A DNA stretch of 28,348 bases from Candidatus Limnocylindria bacterium (GCA_035696685.1 DASSEC010000123.1:1-28348), one strand, 5' to 3'; positions 1 to 8,186 are shown, numbered from the stretch's first letter. Translations and numbers: made by a program. The notes: generated by a model not told the origin, from the letters alone.

Positions 1-522
1 CACAAGCTCGCGCGTCTGACGTTCAACGCGCCGGGCCTGATGTCCCTGACTGGCGAGGTGATCCAGATCGGCTCCGACAGCTACGTGAAGACCAGCCTCA
101 CGGGCACGCAGTACATGAAGTCGACGACCAGCGACACGGGAGTCCAGACCGATCCGGACGAGCTGTTCCGGCAGGTCAGCGGCTTCCTGGACAAGCAGGG
201 CGTGGAGACCGCCAAGCAGGATGATGTCGATTGCGGCGATGCCAAGTGCTATGCCGTCACCCTCACCATCCCGGCGTCTCTGCTGGGCGTGCCAGGCACC
301 ACGGATGGCATCGACGTCAGCCAATTCCTGGCCGATGGGTTGAAGCTCAACCTGCAGTTCGACCGGCAGTCGCTGCGGCTCACGAGCGTCTCCAGTGACA
401 TCGATGCCGGCGAGGTGGGCACGTTCGGACTGTCACTCACGCTGTCGAAGTACAACGAGGCGGTCCAGGTCAGCCCGCCGCCATCCGACCAGGTCACCGA
501 GGGCAACAGTCTCGGGCTCTGA
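1..522 (+). CDS. LppX/LprAFG-like exported protein, 5'-truncated by window edge
   Basis: Frame is open from base 1 (HKLARLTFNAPGLMSLTGEVIQIG...) to TGA 520-522. The beta-rich pattern (IGSDSYVK; CGDAKCYAVTLTI; LKLNLQFDRQSLRL; LTLSKYNEAVQVSPPP) resembles the LolA-like LppX/LprAFG fold. Recognised by eye only. Confidence 0.45.
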   Translation, partial: HKLARLTFNAPGLMSLTGEVIQIGSDSYVKTSLTGTQYMKSTTSDTGVQTDPDELFRQVSGFLDKQGVETAKQDDVDCGDAKCYAVTLTIPASLLGVPGTTDGIDVSQFLADGLKLNLQFDRQSLRLTSVSSDIDAGEVGTFGLSLTLSKYNEAVQVSPPPSDQVTEGNSLGL

Positions 523-543
523 GGTGGGATCCGGCAGGAATGA

Positions 544-619
544 TGGTGGAGATGAGGGGACTCGAACCCCTGACCCCTGCGATGCGAACGCAGTGCTCTC
601 CCAGCTGAGCTACATCCCC
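544..619 (-). tRNA. tRNA-Ala(CGC), 76 nt with encoded CCA
   Basis: Reverse complement reads GGGGATGTAGCTCAGCTGGGAGAGCACTGCGTTCGCATCGCAGGGGTCAGGGGTTCGAGTCCCCTCATCTCCACCA. It has a full cloverleaf, anticodon arm CTGCG-TT-CGC-AT-CGCAG, GTTCGA T-loop and the G3:U70 alanine identity pair. Confidence 0.98.
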
Positions 620-645
620 ACGGGCGGGCGCGGCGGCCGGCGGCG

Positions 646-651
646 AGTATA
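646..651 (-). promoter_or_regulatory. Probable sigma70-type -10 (TATACT) of the tRNA-Ala gene
   Basis: Forward AGTATA reads TATACT on the minus strand, 26 nt upstream of the mature tRNA 5' end. No clear -35. Confidence 0.5.
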
Positions 652-670
652 GCAGGGGAGCTTGGACCCC

Positions 671-699
671 TTCCCAAACTAGAACGTTTGTTCTATCAT
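671..699 (+). promoter_or_regulatory. imuA promoter with LexA/SOS box AGAACGTTTGTTCT (681-694) abutting the -10
   Basis: GAAC-N4-GTTC is the established Gram-positive/Chloroflexota LexA box. It sits between TTCCCA (671-676) and TATCAT (694-699), a 17-nt spacer, directly upstream of a damage-inducible mutagenesis operon. Confidence 0.9.
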
Positions 700-709
700 C
701 GGTTGGGCC

Positions 710-1516
710 ATGACCGTGACCCAGGCCGATGTGTCCCGGCCCGTCCGACCCCTCCCCGAGCTGCTCGAAGCGCTGCGCGACCGCGGGCTGCGCAAGGGCA
801 TCAACGAGCCCGGTCCCCTGCCGGCGACGGCGTCGTTGCCCACCGGCCAACCCGGACTCGATGCGGCGCTGGGCACCGGCGGCTGGCCGCGTGGGGCGCT
901 GGCCCTGCTGGATGCGCCACTGGGCAGCGGGGCCACCAGCCTGGCGCTCGGGACGCTGGCCGCCTGCCAGGCGGCGGGCGGCGTGGTCGCCTACCTGGAT
1001 CCGGCCCACAGCCTGGACCCGGCCACCGCCAGCCGGCTGGGCGTGAACCCCGACTGGCTGCTGATCGTCCGTCCGGCCGATGCCGTCGAGGCGGTCGAGC
1101 TGGCCGGCTGGTTGGCGCGCGAGGGGCGGATCGACGCCCTGGTGCTCGACCTGGCCGCCAGCGGCCTGCCACGCGGCGTGCCGCGCAGCCTCGACCGCCT
1201 GGCCGACCTGCTGGTCCGCGCCGGCTGCGTGACCCTCCTGCTGGCCGGCGCGGGACGGGAGCTGGCCGGACGGCTGGCCAGCGTGCGGGTGGCGCTCCGC
1301 CGCCAGGCGTGGCTGGCCACCGGACGAGACCTGGTGGGGCAGCGGGTCGAGGCCACGGTCACGCGTCAGCGCTGGGCGCTTGCCGGGGGGCGCGCCGAGT
1401 TGGACCTGTTCTTCGCCGAGGGGCGGCGGGTGGATGCGCTCCTGCGGCACGCGGCGGCTCCGCTCGAAGTGGAGCGGGCTGCGGATGTGCCCGCACTGCA
1501 GGTGGTGGGTGCGTGA
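710..1516 (+). CDS. imuA: ImuA/ImuA'-like RecA-fold mutasome accessory protein with degenerate Walker A
   Basis: RecA-like segments PTGQPGLDAALGTGGWPRG, VAYLDPAHSLDP and IDALVLD. Walker A reads GSGATS (Lys replaced by Ala). First gene after the SOS box and coupled to imuB by TGATG. Confidence 0.85.
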   Translation: MTVTQADVSRPVRPLPELLEALRDRGLRKGINEPGPLPATASLPTGQPGLDAALGTGGWPRGALALLDAPLGSGATSLALGTLAACQAAGGVVAYLDPAHSLDPATASRLGVNPDWLLIVRPADAVEAVELAGWLAREGRIDALVLDLAASGLPRGVPRSLDRLADLLVRAGCVTLLLAGAGRELAGRLASVRVALRRQAWLATGRDLVGQRVEATVTRQRWALAGGRAELDLFFAEGRRVDALLRHAAAPLEVERAADVPALQVVGA

Positions 1517-2562
1517 TGCGGCTGCTGGCGCTGGTCTGGCCGAACCTGCGCGTCCCGGACGCGGAGGCGGCTCCCTTCGAGCCGCTGCTCGACCGGCTGG
1601 ACGACCTCTCCCCGCGGATCGAGGCGGTCGACGTGGGGGTGGCCCTGATCGATGTCACGGGCCTCGGGCCGCTGCTCGGCAGCGAGCGCCGGATCGCGGC
1701 CCGGGCCGTGGCGCTGACCCGGGGCGTGGCGCCGCTCCCCGTCCGGGTCGGGGCGGGGGAGAACCGCTGGCTGGCCGCGCTGGCCGCTCGCCTGGCGCGA
1801 CCGGAGCGTCCCGATGCCCCGGCCGCCTTCCGCGCCCTGGAGCGCAGGGAGCTCAGCGGCCTGCCCATCGACCTGCTGCCCGCCGATCCGGCCACGCGCC
1901 AGCGCTTCGCGCTGTTCGGGTTGACGGCCATGGGTCAGCTGGCCGCGCTGCCACGCTCCGCGGTCGGCGCCCAGTTCGGCCTCCCCGGGGAACGGCTGCA
2001 GGCCCTGGCTCGCGGCGAGGATCCGCGGCCGCTCGTCCCGCGGCGCCGCCCCGAGCGGCTGGCCCGCCGCGTCACCTTCGAACCGCCGCTGGACGGCGTC
2101 GGCTCCATCGCGCTGGCCCTGCGTCGCGCCTGCGCCGAGCTGTGCGACGTGCTGCGCGCCCGTCACCTGGCGCCGGGCCGGGCTCGCCTGCGGCTGCAGC
2201 TGGAGGACGCGCCGGCGCTCGGCGTTGAGCTGGCCTTCCCGGCGCCGGCGATCGAGCCGGACTGGATCGCGCGGCTGCTCATCGGCCGGGTGGAGGCAGC
2301 CAGCCGGGACCGGCGCTTCGACGAGGAGCCGCGGGTCGGCGCCATCGGCCTCGTCCTCGATCGGCTGGCAGACCCGGCCAGCCGGCAGCTGTCGGCCTTC
2401 GAGGCGCAGGCGGGGCGCTGGGAGGAGCTGCGCTGGTCGCTTGAGCGGCTGGCCGCCCGGTTCGGGGAGGGCCGCCTGTGGCGGGCCGTGCAGGACCGGC
2501 CGAACGCGGCGCTGGCCGAGCGGCGGTCGCGCCTCGTGGACATCGGTCCATCCGGGTCATGA
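1516..2562 (+). CDS. imuB: ImuB-like inactive Y-family polymerase, short form (348 aa)
   Basis: ATG 1516 overlaps the imuA stop. Y-family palm/thumb/little-finger pattern (LSPRIEAV..VALIDVTG; LFGLTAMGQLAALPRSAVGAQFG; ALARGEDPRPL; VTFEPPL). No catalytic D..DE set is visible. Clamp-like motif QLSAF at 2386-2400. Confidence 0.85.
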   Translation: MRLLALVWPNLRVPDAEAAPFEPLLDRLDDLSPRIEAVDVGVALIDVTGLGPLLGSERRIAARAVALTRGVAPLPVRVGAGENRWLAALAARLARPERPDAPAAFRALERRELSGLPIDLLPADPATRQRFALFGLTAMGQLAALPRSAVGAQFGLPGERLQALARGEDPRPLVPRRRPERLARRVTFEPPLDGVGSIALALRRACAELCDVLRARHLAPGRARLRLQLEDAPALGVELAFPAPAIEPDWIARLLIGRVEAASRDRRFDEEPRVGAIGLVLDRLADPASRQLSAFEAQAGRWEELRWSLERLAARFGEGRLWRAVQDRPNAALAERRSRLVDIGPSGS

Positions 2563-2813
2563 CCCGTCTGGTCGAGGGGCACCCGCTGGTGCAGGTGGAC
2601 ACCGGCCCGGATGGGACACCGGTCCGGCTGCGCATGGACGGCGCGACTCACGGTGAGGTGGGGATCTGCAACCGCTGGCGGCTGGACGACGACTGGTGGC
2701 GGACGCCGGTGGCGCGGGCCTATTACAAGCTCGTCACCCGCGACGGGCTGTTGTGCACGGTCTACCTCGACGAGATGACCGGCACCTGGCACCTGGAGCG
2801 CATATTCGACTGA
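2559..2813 (+). CDS. Small DUF6504-like protein (84 aa)
   Basis: ATGA overlap with the imuB stop. Motif RWRLDDDWWR...RAYYKL...LCTVY.D..TGTWHLERIFD matches the imu/dnaE2-associated small beta-domain family as recalled. Confidence 0.75.
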   Translation: MTRLVEGHPLVQVDTGPDGTPVRLRMDGATHGEVGICNRWRLDDDWWRTPVARAYYKLVTRDGLLCTVYLDEMTGTWHLERIFD

Positions 2814-2844
2814 CCACACGGGAACGGCTGGTTACGCTCGCTCC

Positions 2845-3756
2845 ATGAGCGAGCAGCCGCCCGTCATCCGGCCGGGCACGCTGGCCGATGCGCGGCAGAC
2901 GTTCGACGTCTTCCTGGAAGCGATCGTGGATCTTGCCGCGCGGCTCGGAGCTCCCTGGGAGCCGAACCCGGAGGAGATGTGGCCGCGCATGGAGCCCCTC
3001 CTCGGGATGCTGGCTGCGCACGCCGCCGAGTGGTGGGTCGCGGAGGGCCCCGACGGCCAGCTGCTCGGCTATGCGCGCTCGGTGGAGCGCGGCGGCCTGT
3101 TCGAGCTCTCCGAATTTTTCGTGCGTCCGGCCCACCAGTCCGGCGGCATTGGCCGTGAGCTGCTGAGCCGGGCCTTCCCGCCTGGACGCGGCGACGTGCG
3201 GGCCATCATCGCCACCATCGACATGCGCGCCCAGGCGAGCTACTACCGCGACGGCGCCGTGGCCCGCTTCCCGATCCTGTCGCTGATCGGCGCTCCGGGA
3301 ACGCGAACCGGCGACGGCCCGCTGGACCCGGACCTGGAGGCGGTGGGCGCAACGCCGGATGAGATTCCACGGTTGCTGGAGCTTGAGCGCGGCGCCATCG
3401 AGTTCGACCGGGGAGCCGAGATGCGCTGGCTGGTGGACGAACGCAGCGGCTTTCTCTATCGGCGTGGCGGCGTCGACATCGGCTATGGCTTCCTGGCGCC
3501 GCGGGGCGGCATCGGCCCGGTGGGGGCGGTCAACCCGACCGACCTGCCCGCGATGCTGGACCACCTGGAGCGCCAGGCGGCGGAGGTGGGCATCGAGGAG
3601 ATCTCTGCCGACCTGCCGGGCCCGAACGAGGTGGGCATCCGCCACCTGCTCGGTCGTGGCCTGAAGTTCGACAACTTCATCACCCTGTTCATGTCGAGCC
3701 GGCCGTTCGGCCAGTTCGATCGCTACATCGGCTTCGCACCGCCGTTCGTGCTCTGA
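2845..3756 (+). CDS. Tandem-GNAT acetyltransferase
   Basis: Acetyl-CoA motif FFVRPAHQSGGIGRELL plus a second degenerate GNAT-like half. TACGCT lies 6 nt before the ATG. Confidence 0.75.
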   Translation: MSEQPPVIRPGTLADARQTFDVFLEAIVDLAARLGAPWEPNPEEMWPRMEPLLGMLAAHAAEWWVAEGPDGQLLGYARSVERGGLFELSEFFVRPAHQSGGIGRELLSRAFPPGRGDVRAIIATIDMRAQASYYRDGAVARFPILSLIGAPGTRTGDGPLDPDLEAVGATPDEIPRLLELERGAIEFDRGAEMRWLVDERSGFLYRRGGVDIGYGFLAPRGGIGPVGAVNPTDLPAMLDHLERQAAEVGIEEISADLPGPNEVGIRHLLGRGLKFDNFITLFMSSRPFGQFDRYIGFAPPFVL

Positions 3757-3802
3757 GCAGTGGGAGCCGCGCCGTGGCACCGGCCGTGCAGGGCAGAGCA
3801 GC

Positions 3803-4240
3803 ATGAGTGATTTCCAGGGCAACCCCGGTGCCATTGATGATCCCGGGATGAAGGGGGGCACCGAGCCGGACCTCGAGTCGCTGCCGCCCGGGGACAGCGC
3901 CGACGACACTGGAGACGAGGCGAGCAGTGGCCAGCCGGTGGCTGCCGAGCTCGATCTGCCCGGCCCGAACGACCCCGTGGCGTGGAACTACGTCCAACCC
4001 GGCACCCCCATCGCGGGTCGCGAGGGCGTGAAGATCGGGAGCGTGGAGGTGATGCTGGGTACCGAGGCGGAGGGCATTTTCCACGGCATTGCCATGCGCC
4101 CTGCCAGCGGCGGACCCGCCCGCGTCGTCCCGGCGGACGTGGTCACGTCGCTCACGCCGTCGGAAGTCCAGGTCCAGCTCACCGTCGACGACGTTGACGG
4201 GCTGGCAGAGTTCGACGAGTCGGTGCCCGCCACGGCCTGA
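3803..4240 (+). CDS. Hypothetical protein, PRC-barrel/DUF2171-like C-terminus with acidic disordered N-terminus
   Basis: PGTPIAGREGVKIGSVEVMLG...IFHGI...RVVPADVVTSLTPSEVQV fits a PRC-barrel-like pattern, with coding-like codon usage. Confidence 0.55.
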   Translation: MSDFQGNPGAIDDPGMKGGTEPDLESLPPGDSADDTGDEASSGQPVAAELDLPGPNDPVAWNYVQPGTPIAGREGVKIGSVEVMLGTEAEGIFHGIAMRPASGGPARVVPADVVTSLTPSEVQVQLTVDDVDGLAEFDESVPATA

Positions 4241-4280
4241 CGATTCCCGATGCGCTGCGGACCGGTACCATCCGGAGCCG

Positions 4281-5060
4281 ATGGCTGCCGAGCACCGCGT
4301 TGACCGGCTCTGGCCCGATCCCGCCGCGGACCAGTTGCTGGACGACGCCCTCGCGCACTTCGAGCTGACCGACGGCCCGGCGGACCGGCCACTGGTCGGC
4401 CTGAACATGATCACCAGCGTCGACGGGCGGGCGCAGCTCGGCGGCACTGCGGACGGCCTCGGCTCGCGGGAGGATCGGCGCCTGATGCGCCTCTACCGTT
4501 CTGCCTACGACGCGGTGGCCAGTGGCGCCGGGACCCTCCGGGCAGACGACTTCTACGCCAACCTGCCGGCTGACCTGGCCGAGGCGCGCCGCGCCGCCGG
4601 CCGAGCCCCACAGCCGCTGGCCCTGCTCATCGCCGGCGCGAGCCCGCTGCCCACCGACCGGCGTTTCTTCGCCCCGTCCGAGCAGCCGCGCGCGGCGGCG
4701 GTGGGCCGCGGCAGCCCCCATGCGGCCGGGAAGCCGCTTCCCGAGGTGGAGACCTGGGTCGCGCCCACCGACGAGCCGGAGCCGGTCTGGCTGCTGGCGC
4801 AGCTCGCGGCGCGGGGGGTGCGGTCGTTGCTGATCGAGGGCGGTCCGACCGTGAACGCCGCCTTCCTGGCGGCTGGCGCGGTGGACGAGCTGTACTGGAC
4901 CATCGGCTCGCGCCTGGTCGCTGCCGATGCCCTGCAGATGATCGCGTCGCTTCCGTCTCCGCACGAACCGGTACCCGCCCGGCTGCTGAGCGTGCACCGA
5001 GCAGGCTCGGAGCTGTACCTGCGCTACCGCATCGGCGAGGGTGCGGTGGAATCGCAGTGA
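4281..5060 (+). CDS. RibD C-terminal/DHFR-superfamily pyrimidine reductase-like protein
   Basis: Motifs NMITSVDGR, DAVASGAGTLRADD, LLIEGGPTVNAAFLAAGAVDELYWTI and ELYLRY. Start placed at ATG 4281, after TACCAT. Confidence 0.85.
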   Translation: MAAEHRVDRLWPDPAADQLLDDALAHFELTDGPADRPLVGLNMITSVDGRAQLGGTADGLGSREDRRLMRLYRSAYDAVASGAGTLRADDFYANLPADLAEARRAAGRAPQPLALLIAGASPLPTDRRFFAPSEQPRAAAVGRGSPHAAGKPLPEVETWVAPTDEPEPVWLLAQLAARGVRSLLIEGGPTVNAAFLAAGAVDELYWTIGSRLVAADALQMIASLPSPHEPVPARLLSVHRAGSELYLRYRIGEGAVESQ

Positions 5061-5950
5061 TCGAGCTCGGGCGATTGGGAGTGTGGGGCCACCTCGATTC
5101 GCTGGCCGCCGACGAGGTACGTGCCTATGCGCGACGTGCAGAGGCGCTGGGCTTCGGCACCCTGTGGGTGCCCGAGACCGTTGGCCGCGAGCCCTTCGCC
5201 CTGCTGGCCATGCTCGCAGGCGAGACGTCCAGCCTGCTGCTGGGCACTAGCATCGTGTCGATCTGGGGCCACGACGCGCAGACGACGCGGATGGCCGCGC
5301 TGACCTTGCAGGAAGCGACACATGGCCGCTTCGTGCTGGGCCTGGGCGTGTCGCACCCGCACCTCGCCCAGCGGCTGCGCGGCCACGCCTTCGAGCGGCC
5401 GCTGACCCGGATGCGCGAGTTCCTGGCCGCCTACCGCGCCGCGGTCTACAAGGGCCCGTCCGCGCCGGAGCTGCCTGAGCCGCCGATCCTGCTGGCCGCG
5501 CTGCGCGAACGCATGCTGAAGCTGGCCGCCACCGAGGCGGACGGTGCCTTTCCATACCTTGTCGGCCCGAAGCGCCTGGCTTGGATGCGGTCCGTCCTGG
5601 ACGCCTCCGCAGCCGATCGGCGGCCAGTGCTGGCGGTCACCCTGCCCGCGGTGCTCGAGACCGACCCGGTCGCGGCGCGGACCGCCGCGCGCGGGTACCT
5701 GGCGCCGTACCTGCGCACGCCCGCCTACCAGGCCGGCTGGGCCCTGCAGGGGTTTGAGGAGGCGGATTGGGAGAAGCCGGGCAGCGATCGGCTGGTCGAC
5801 GCCATGGTGGCCTGGGGTGACATGGAGTCGCTTCGCGGCCGCGTGGCGGCATTGGTCGAGGCCGGCGCCGAGCACGTCGCCATGATCCCGCTGTCGCCGG
5901 AGGGCCTCACCGAGAACCTGGCCCTGCTCGAGGCGATGGCCGGCGACTAA
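5057..5950 (+). CDS. LLM-class (probably F420-dependent) oxidoreductase
   Basis: Motifs AEALGFGTLWVPE, LLLGTSIVSIW, GRFVLGLGVSH, PILLAAL..RMLKLAA..ADGAFPY and AGAEHV. GTGA overlap with the upstream gene. F420 use is inferred from resemblance to the MSMEG_4141-type subfamily. Confidence 0.85.
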   Translation: MIELGRLGVWGHLDSLAADEVRAYARRAEALGFGTLWVPETVGREPFALLAMLAGETSSLLLGTSIVSIWGHDAQTTRMAALTLQEATHGRFVLGLGVSHPHLAQRLRGHAFERPLTRMREFLAAYRAAVYKGPSAPELPEPPILLAALRERMLKLAATEADGAFPYLVGPKRLAWMRSVLDASAADRRPVLAVTLPAVLETDPVAARTAARGYLAPYLRTPAYQAGWALQGFEEADWEKPGSDRLVDAMVAWGDMESLRGRVAALVEAGAEHVAMIPLSPEGLTENLALLEAMAGD

Positions 5951-6492
5951 CCCGCCCGGCGCGCCTCCCAGTCGACCCGATCGATGGCGTACATGAGCAC
6001 GGTGTGCTCCCAGAGCTGCGTCTCCCCACGCAGCGTCTCGCCGAGGCGCTCGGCCACGCGGATCGATGCGGCGTTATCGGGGTCAATCAGGCTCAGCAGC
6101 CGATCGAAGCCTCGCTCGCGGAAGGCCCAGTCCACGGCGGCCCTGGCCGCCTCGGACGCGTAGCCGCGCCCCCACCAGCTCTTGCCGAGCAGGTAGCCGA
6201 CCTCGGCGCCGGGCCAACCCTGCGGATTGATCACGCCTGCCCGGCCCACGACTTCGCCGCCGTCGCGTTCGGTGACGGCCCACTGGCCGTAGCCGCGCAG
6301 CGCCCAATGGCCGATCCAGCCGGCTACGGCTCGCCAGCTGTCCTGCTCGCTGGGCATGCGTCGATCGCCCACGAACCGCATGACCTCCGGGTCCTGCATG
6401 AGCCGATGCATCGGCTCCACGTCGGCCGCGCGGAAGGCCCGCAGCGTCAGGCGCGCGGTCTCGAGGGTCGGGATCTCGAGCTGGATCGTCAG
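5947..6492 (-). CDS. RimJ/RimL-type GNAT acetyltransferase, probable CTG start at 6492
   Basis: Motifs DPEVMRFVG, EVGYLLGKSWWGRGYASEAA and IDPDNAASIRVAERLG. The family N-terminal strand LETARLTLRAF lies upstream of the GTG at 6420 used by the ORF track. Confidence 0.85.
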   Translation of the reverse strand: MTIQLEIPTLETARLTLRAFRAADVEPMHRLMQDPEVMRFVGDRRMPSEQDSWRAVAGWIGHWALRGYGQWAVTERDGGEVVGRAGVINPQGWPGAEVGYLLGKSWWGRGYASEAARAAVDWAFRERGFDRLLSLIDPDNAASIRVAERLGETLRGETQLWEHTVLMYAIDRVDWEARRAG

Positions 6493-7202
6493 CGCCCGTC
6501 GCCGTCGAGATTGGCGTGCAGGAACTCGATCGTGCGCCGGAAGGCCAGCTGCGCCGCGTCCGGCACGTACTCTGGCCGGCTCGGCTCGGCGAACCAGTGC
6601 TTCGTCCCGTCGTAGAAGTAACCGACGGCGCCGGTGTCCTCCCGGTCTTTGACCGCGGCCCGCGCCTCATCGGCATCCTCGTAGGGATCCTCGCTGGCCC
6701 AGTGACTGAGCCATGGCGCCCGGGACGCCGCCCCCGGCGGGTCCCAGGTGCCACCGTAGTAGGTGACGATGGCCGCGATCTCCGGACGGCCTTTCGCCAG
6801 CCAGCGCGCATACACCGTCCCGAAGCTGAAGCCCAGCGCTCCCGCGCGTGCGCCACGGCTCTCAGGCAGGCCAAGGACGTGGTCGAGCGCGGAAGCGGCG
6901 CGGGCCAGCAGCCGCTCGGCGTTGTGCTCTTCGTCGAGCTCCTCGGCGTACTTCTCGGCACCCTCGATGCTGTCCAGCACCGCTCGGTCGAACAGATCCG
7001 GGGCGATCACCGTGAAGCCATCGGCGGCCAGGTCGTCGCAGAAGCGACGGAAGTCCTCGTTCAGGCCCCACCAAGCGTGCAGCGCCAGGACCGGCGGCCC
7101 GGGCGGTGTCGGTGGCGTCGCCAGGTACGCGTCACACCCGCCGTCCGGCGTATCGATCCGAATCGTGTGGCCCTGTGTCATTTCCCCTGTCGTCTGTTGC
7201 AT
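6489..7202 (-). CDS. Dienelactone hydrolase family protein
   Basis: Motifs VLALHAWWGLN, GFTVIAPDLF, nucleophile elbow GFSFG (Ser where canonical DLH has Cys), SEDPY (Asp) and GTKHWF (His). TAGCAT lies 6 nt before the ATG. Confidence 0.85.
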   Translation of the reverse strand: MQQTTGEMTQGHTIRIDTPDGGCDAYLATPPTPPGPPVLALHAWWGLNEDFRRFCDDLAADGFTVIAPDLFDRAVLDSIEGAEKYAEELDEEHNAERLLARAASALDHVLGLPESRGARAGALGFSFGTVYARWLAKGRPEIAAIVTYYGGTWDPPGAASRAPWLSHWASEDPYEDADEARAAVKDREDTGAVGYFYDGTKHWFAEPSRPEYVPDAAQLAFRRTIEFLHANLDGDGR

Positions 7203-7228
7203 CGCTCCATGCTAGGGCGCAATTGCTG

Positions 7229-8107
7229 TCATCGCCCTGTCAGGAATCCGTCCAGCGCACGGCGGAACGCCGCCGGCTGCTCCACCCACGGGAAGTGCCC
7301 AGCGTCTTCGATCACCGCGAGCCGTGCCCCGGGGATGCCATCGGCCATCTCGTGCGCGGCGGTTACGTCGCAGATGAAGTCGTCGTCGCCGACCACCACC
7401 AGCGTGGGCGTCGAAATCCGGCTCAGCTCGGGCCGCAGGTCCATGCGCTCCTGCCGCGGACCCCAGCTGCGGGCTGCCCGCGCGTGGAAGGTCGATCCCT
7501 CAAGGCCGCCGATGAAGGCCTGCGCGGTCTCATCCCAGCGGTGGAAGTACATCGGCATGATTGCCAGCAGCTCGCGCGTCGCCTGGGCGTCGTCCTCTGC
7601 CGTTTCGTCTGCATCGAGCAGCGAGCGAACCTCGGGGTACCACGGCTCCCCCTGGCGGCGATCCATGGCCGCGGCGATCCGCACGCCGGCTGCCTCGTCC
7701 AGTGCCGGGGCGGTGTCGAGCAGGACCAAGCTCACCAGGCGTTCCGGGTGGTCGATGGCGTGGCGCATGGCCACCATGCCGCCGTGCGAGAAGCCCAGCA
7801 GCCCTATCTGCGCCAGGCCAAGGGCGTCGCAGACCGCTTCGATGTCGGCGGCATAGTGCTCGAGCTGGTAGGCCTCCGAGTCCGCTGGCGCGCTCGAGCC
7901 GCCGGTTCCGCGCGGATCGAGCCACACGATGGTTGCCAGCTGGTCGAGGCCGGCCAGGTCACCCAGGTAGTCGGCGGCGGTGCCCGGTCCACCCGGATGC
8001 GCGAGCAGGACCGGTCCGCTGCCGCTGACCCGGTAGTGAAGGCTGACGTCGTCATGGCCGGGCACCGTCCCCTCACCAGGCTCCAGGACCTGTAGCTGCT
8101 CAGTCAT
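7229..8107 (-). CDS. Alpha/beta hydrolase (proline-iminopeptidase-like)
   Basis: Motifs HPGGPG, DPRGTGGS, GFSHGG nucleophile elbow, LVVVGDDD and DAGHFPW. Start placed at ATG 8107, because the ORF-track start at 8149 runs into the dnaE2 promoter region. Confidence 0.85.
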   Translation of the reverse strand: MTEQLQVLEPGEGTVPGHDDVSLHYRVSGSGPVLLAHPGGPGTAADYLGDLAGLDQLATIVWLDPRGTGGSSAPADSEAYQLEHYAADIEAVCDALGLAQIGLLGFSHGGMVAMRHAIDHPERLVSLVLLDTAPALDEAAGVRIAAAMDRRQGEPWYPEVRSLLDADETAEDDAQATRELLAIMPMYFHRWDETAQAFIGGLEGSTFHARAARSWGPRQERMDLRPELSRISTPTLVVVGDDDFICDVTAAHEMADGIPGARLAVIEDAGHFPWVEQPAAFRRALDGFLTGR

Positions 8108-8167
8108 GGCGCGGATGATGCGCCGATGGGCAGGGTGGCGCCCACCCATGTTGGGGCTGTTCGAATT

Positions 8168-8186
8168 AGAACACCGGTTCTATACT
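8168..8186 (+). promoter_or_regulatory. dnaE2 promoter with LexA/SOS box AGAACACCGGTTCT (8168-8181) abutting -10 TATACT
   Basis: GAAC-ACCG-GTTC is followed directly by TATACT (8181-8186), 10 nt before ATG 8197. Same layout as the imuA promoter. Confidence 0.9.

Noticed and set aside
544-619. tRNA as an island or prophage attachment site
   Set aside because: No integrase and no duplicated tRNA 3' end were noticed in the window, and no obvious composition shift.
688-1515. N-terminal 276 codons of the 624-aa ORF overlapping imuA
   Set aside because: It starts inside the LexA box upstream of the likely TSS and is an Arg/Gly/Ala-rich off-frame read of GC-rich DNA. The real imuB starts at ATG 1516.
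710-1516. Call as recA
   Set aside because: No Walker A lysine, too short, and the SOS imu operon context fits ImuA.
8158-8173. Inverted repeat TGTTC-N6-GAACA as a second operator
   Set aside because: Half-site orientation and spacing do not fit LexA, and one half is simply the left half of the real box.
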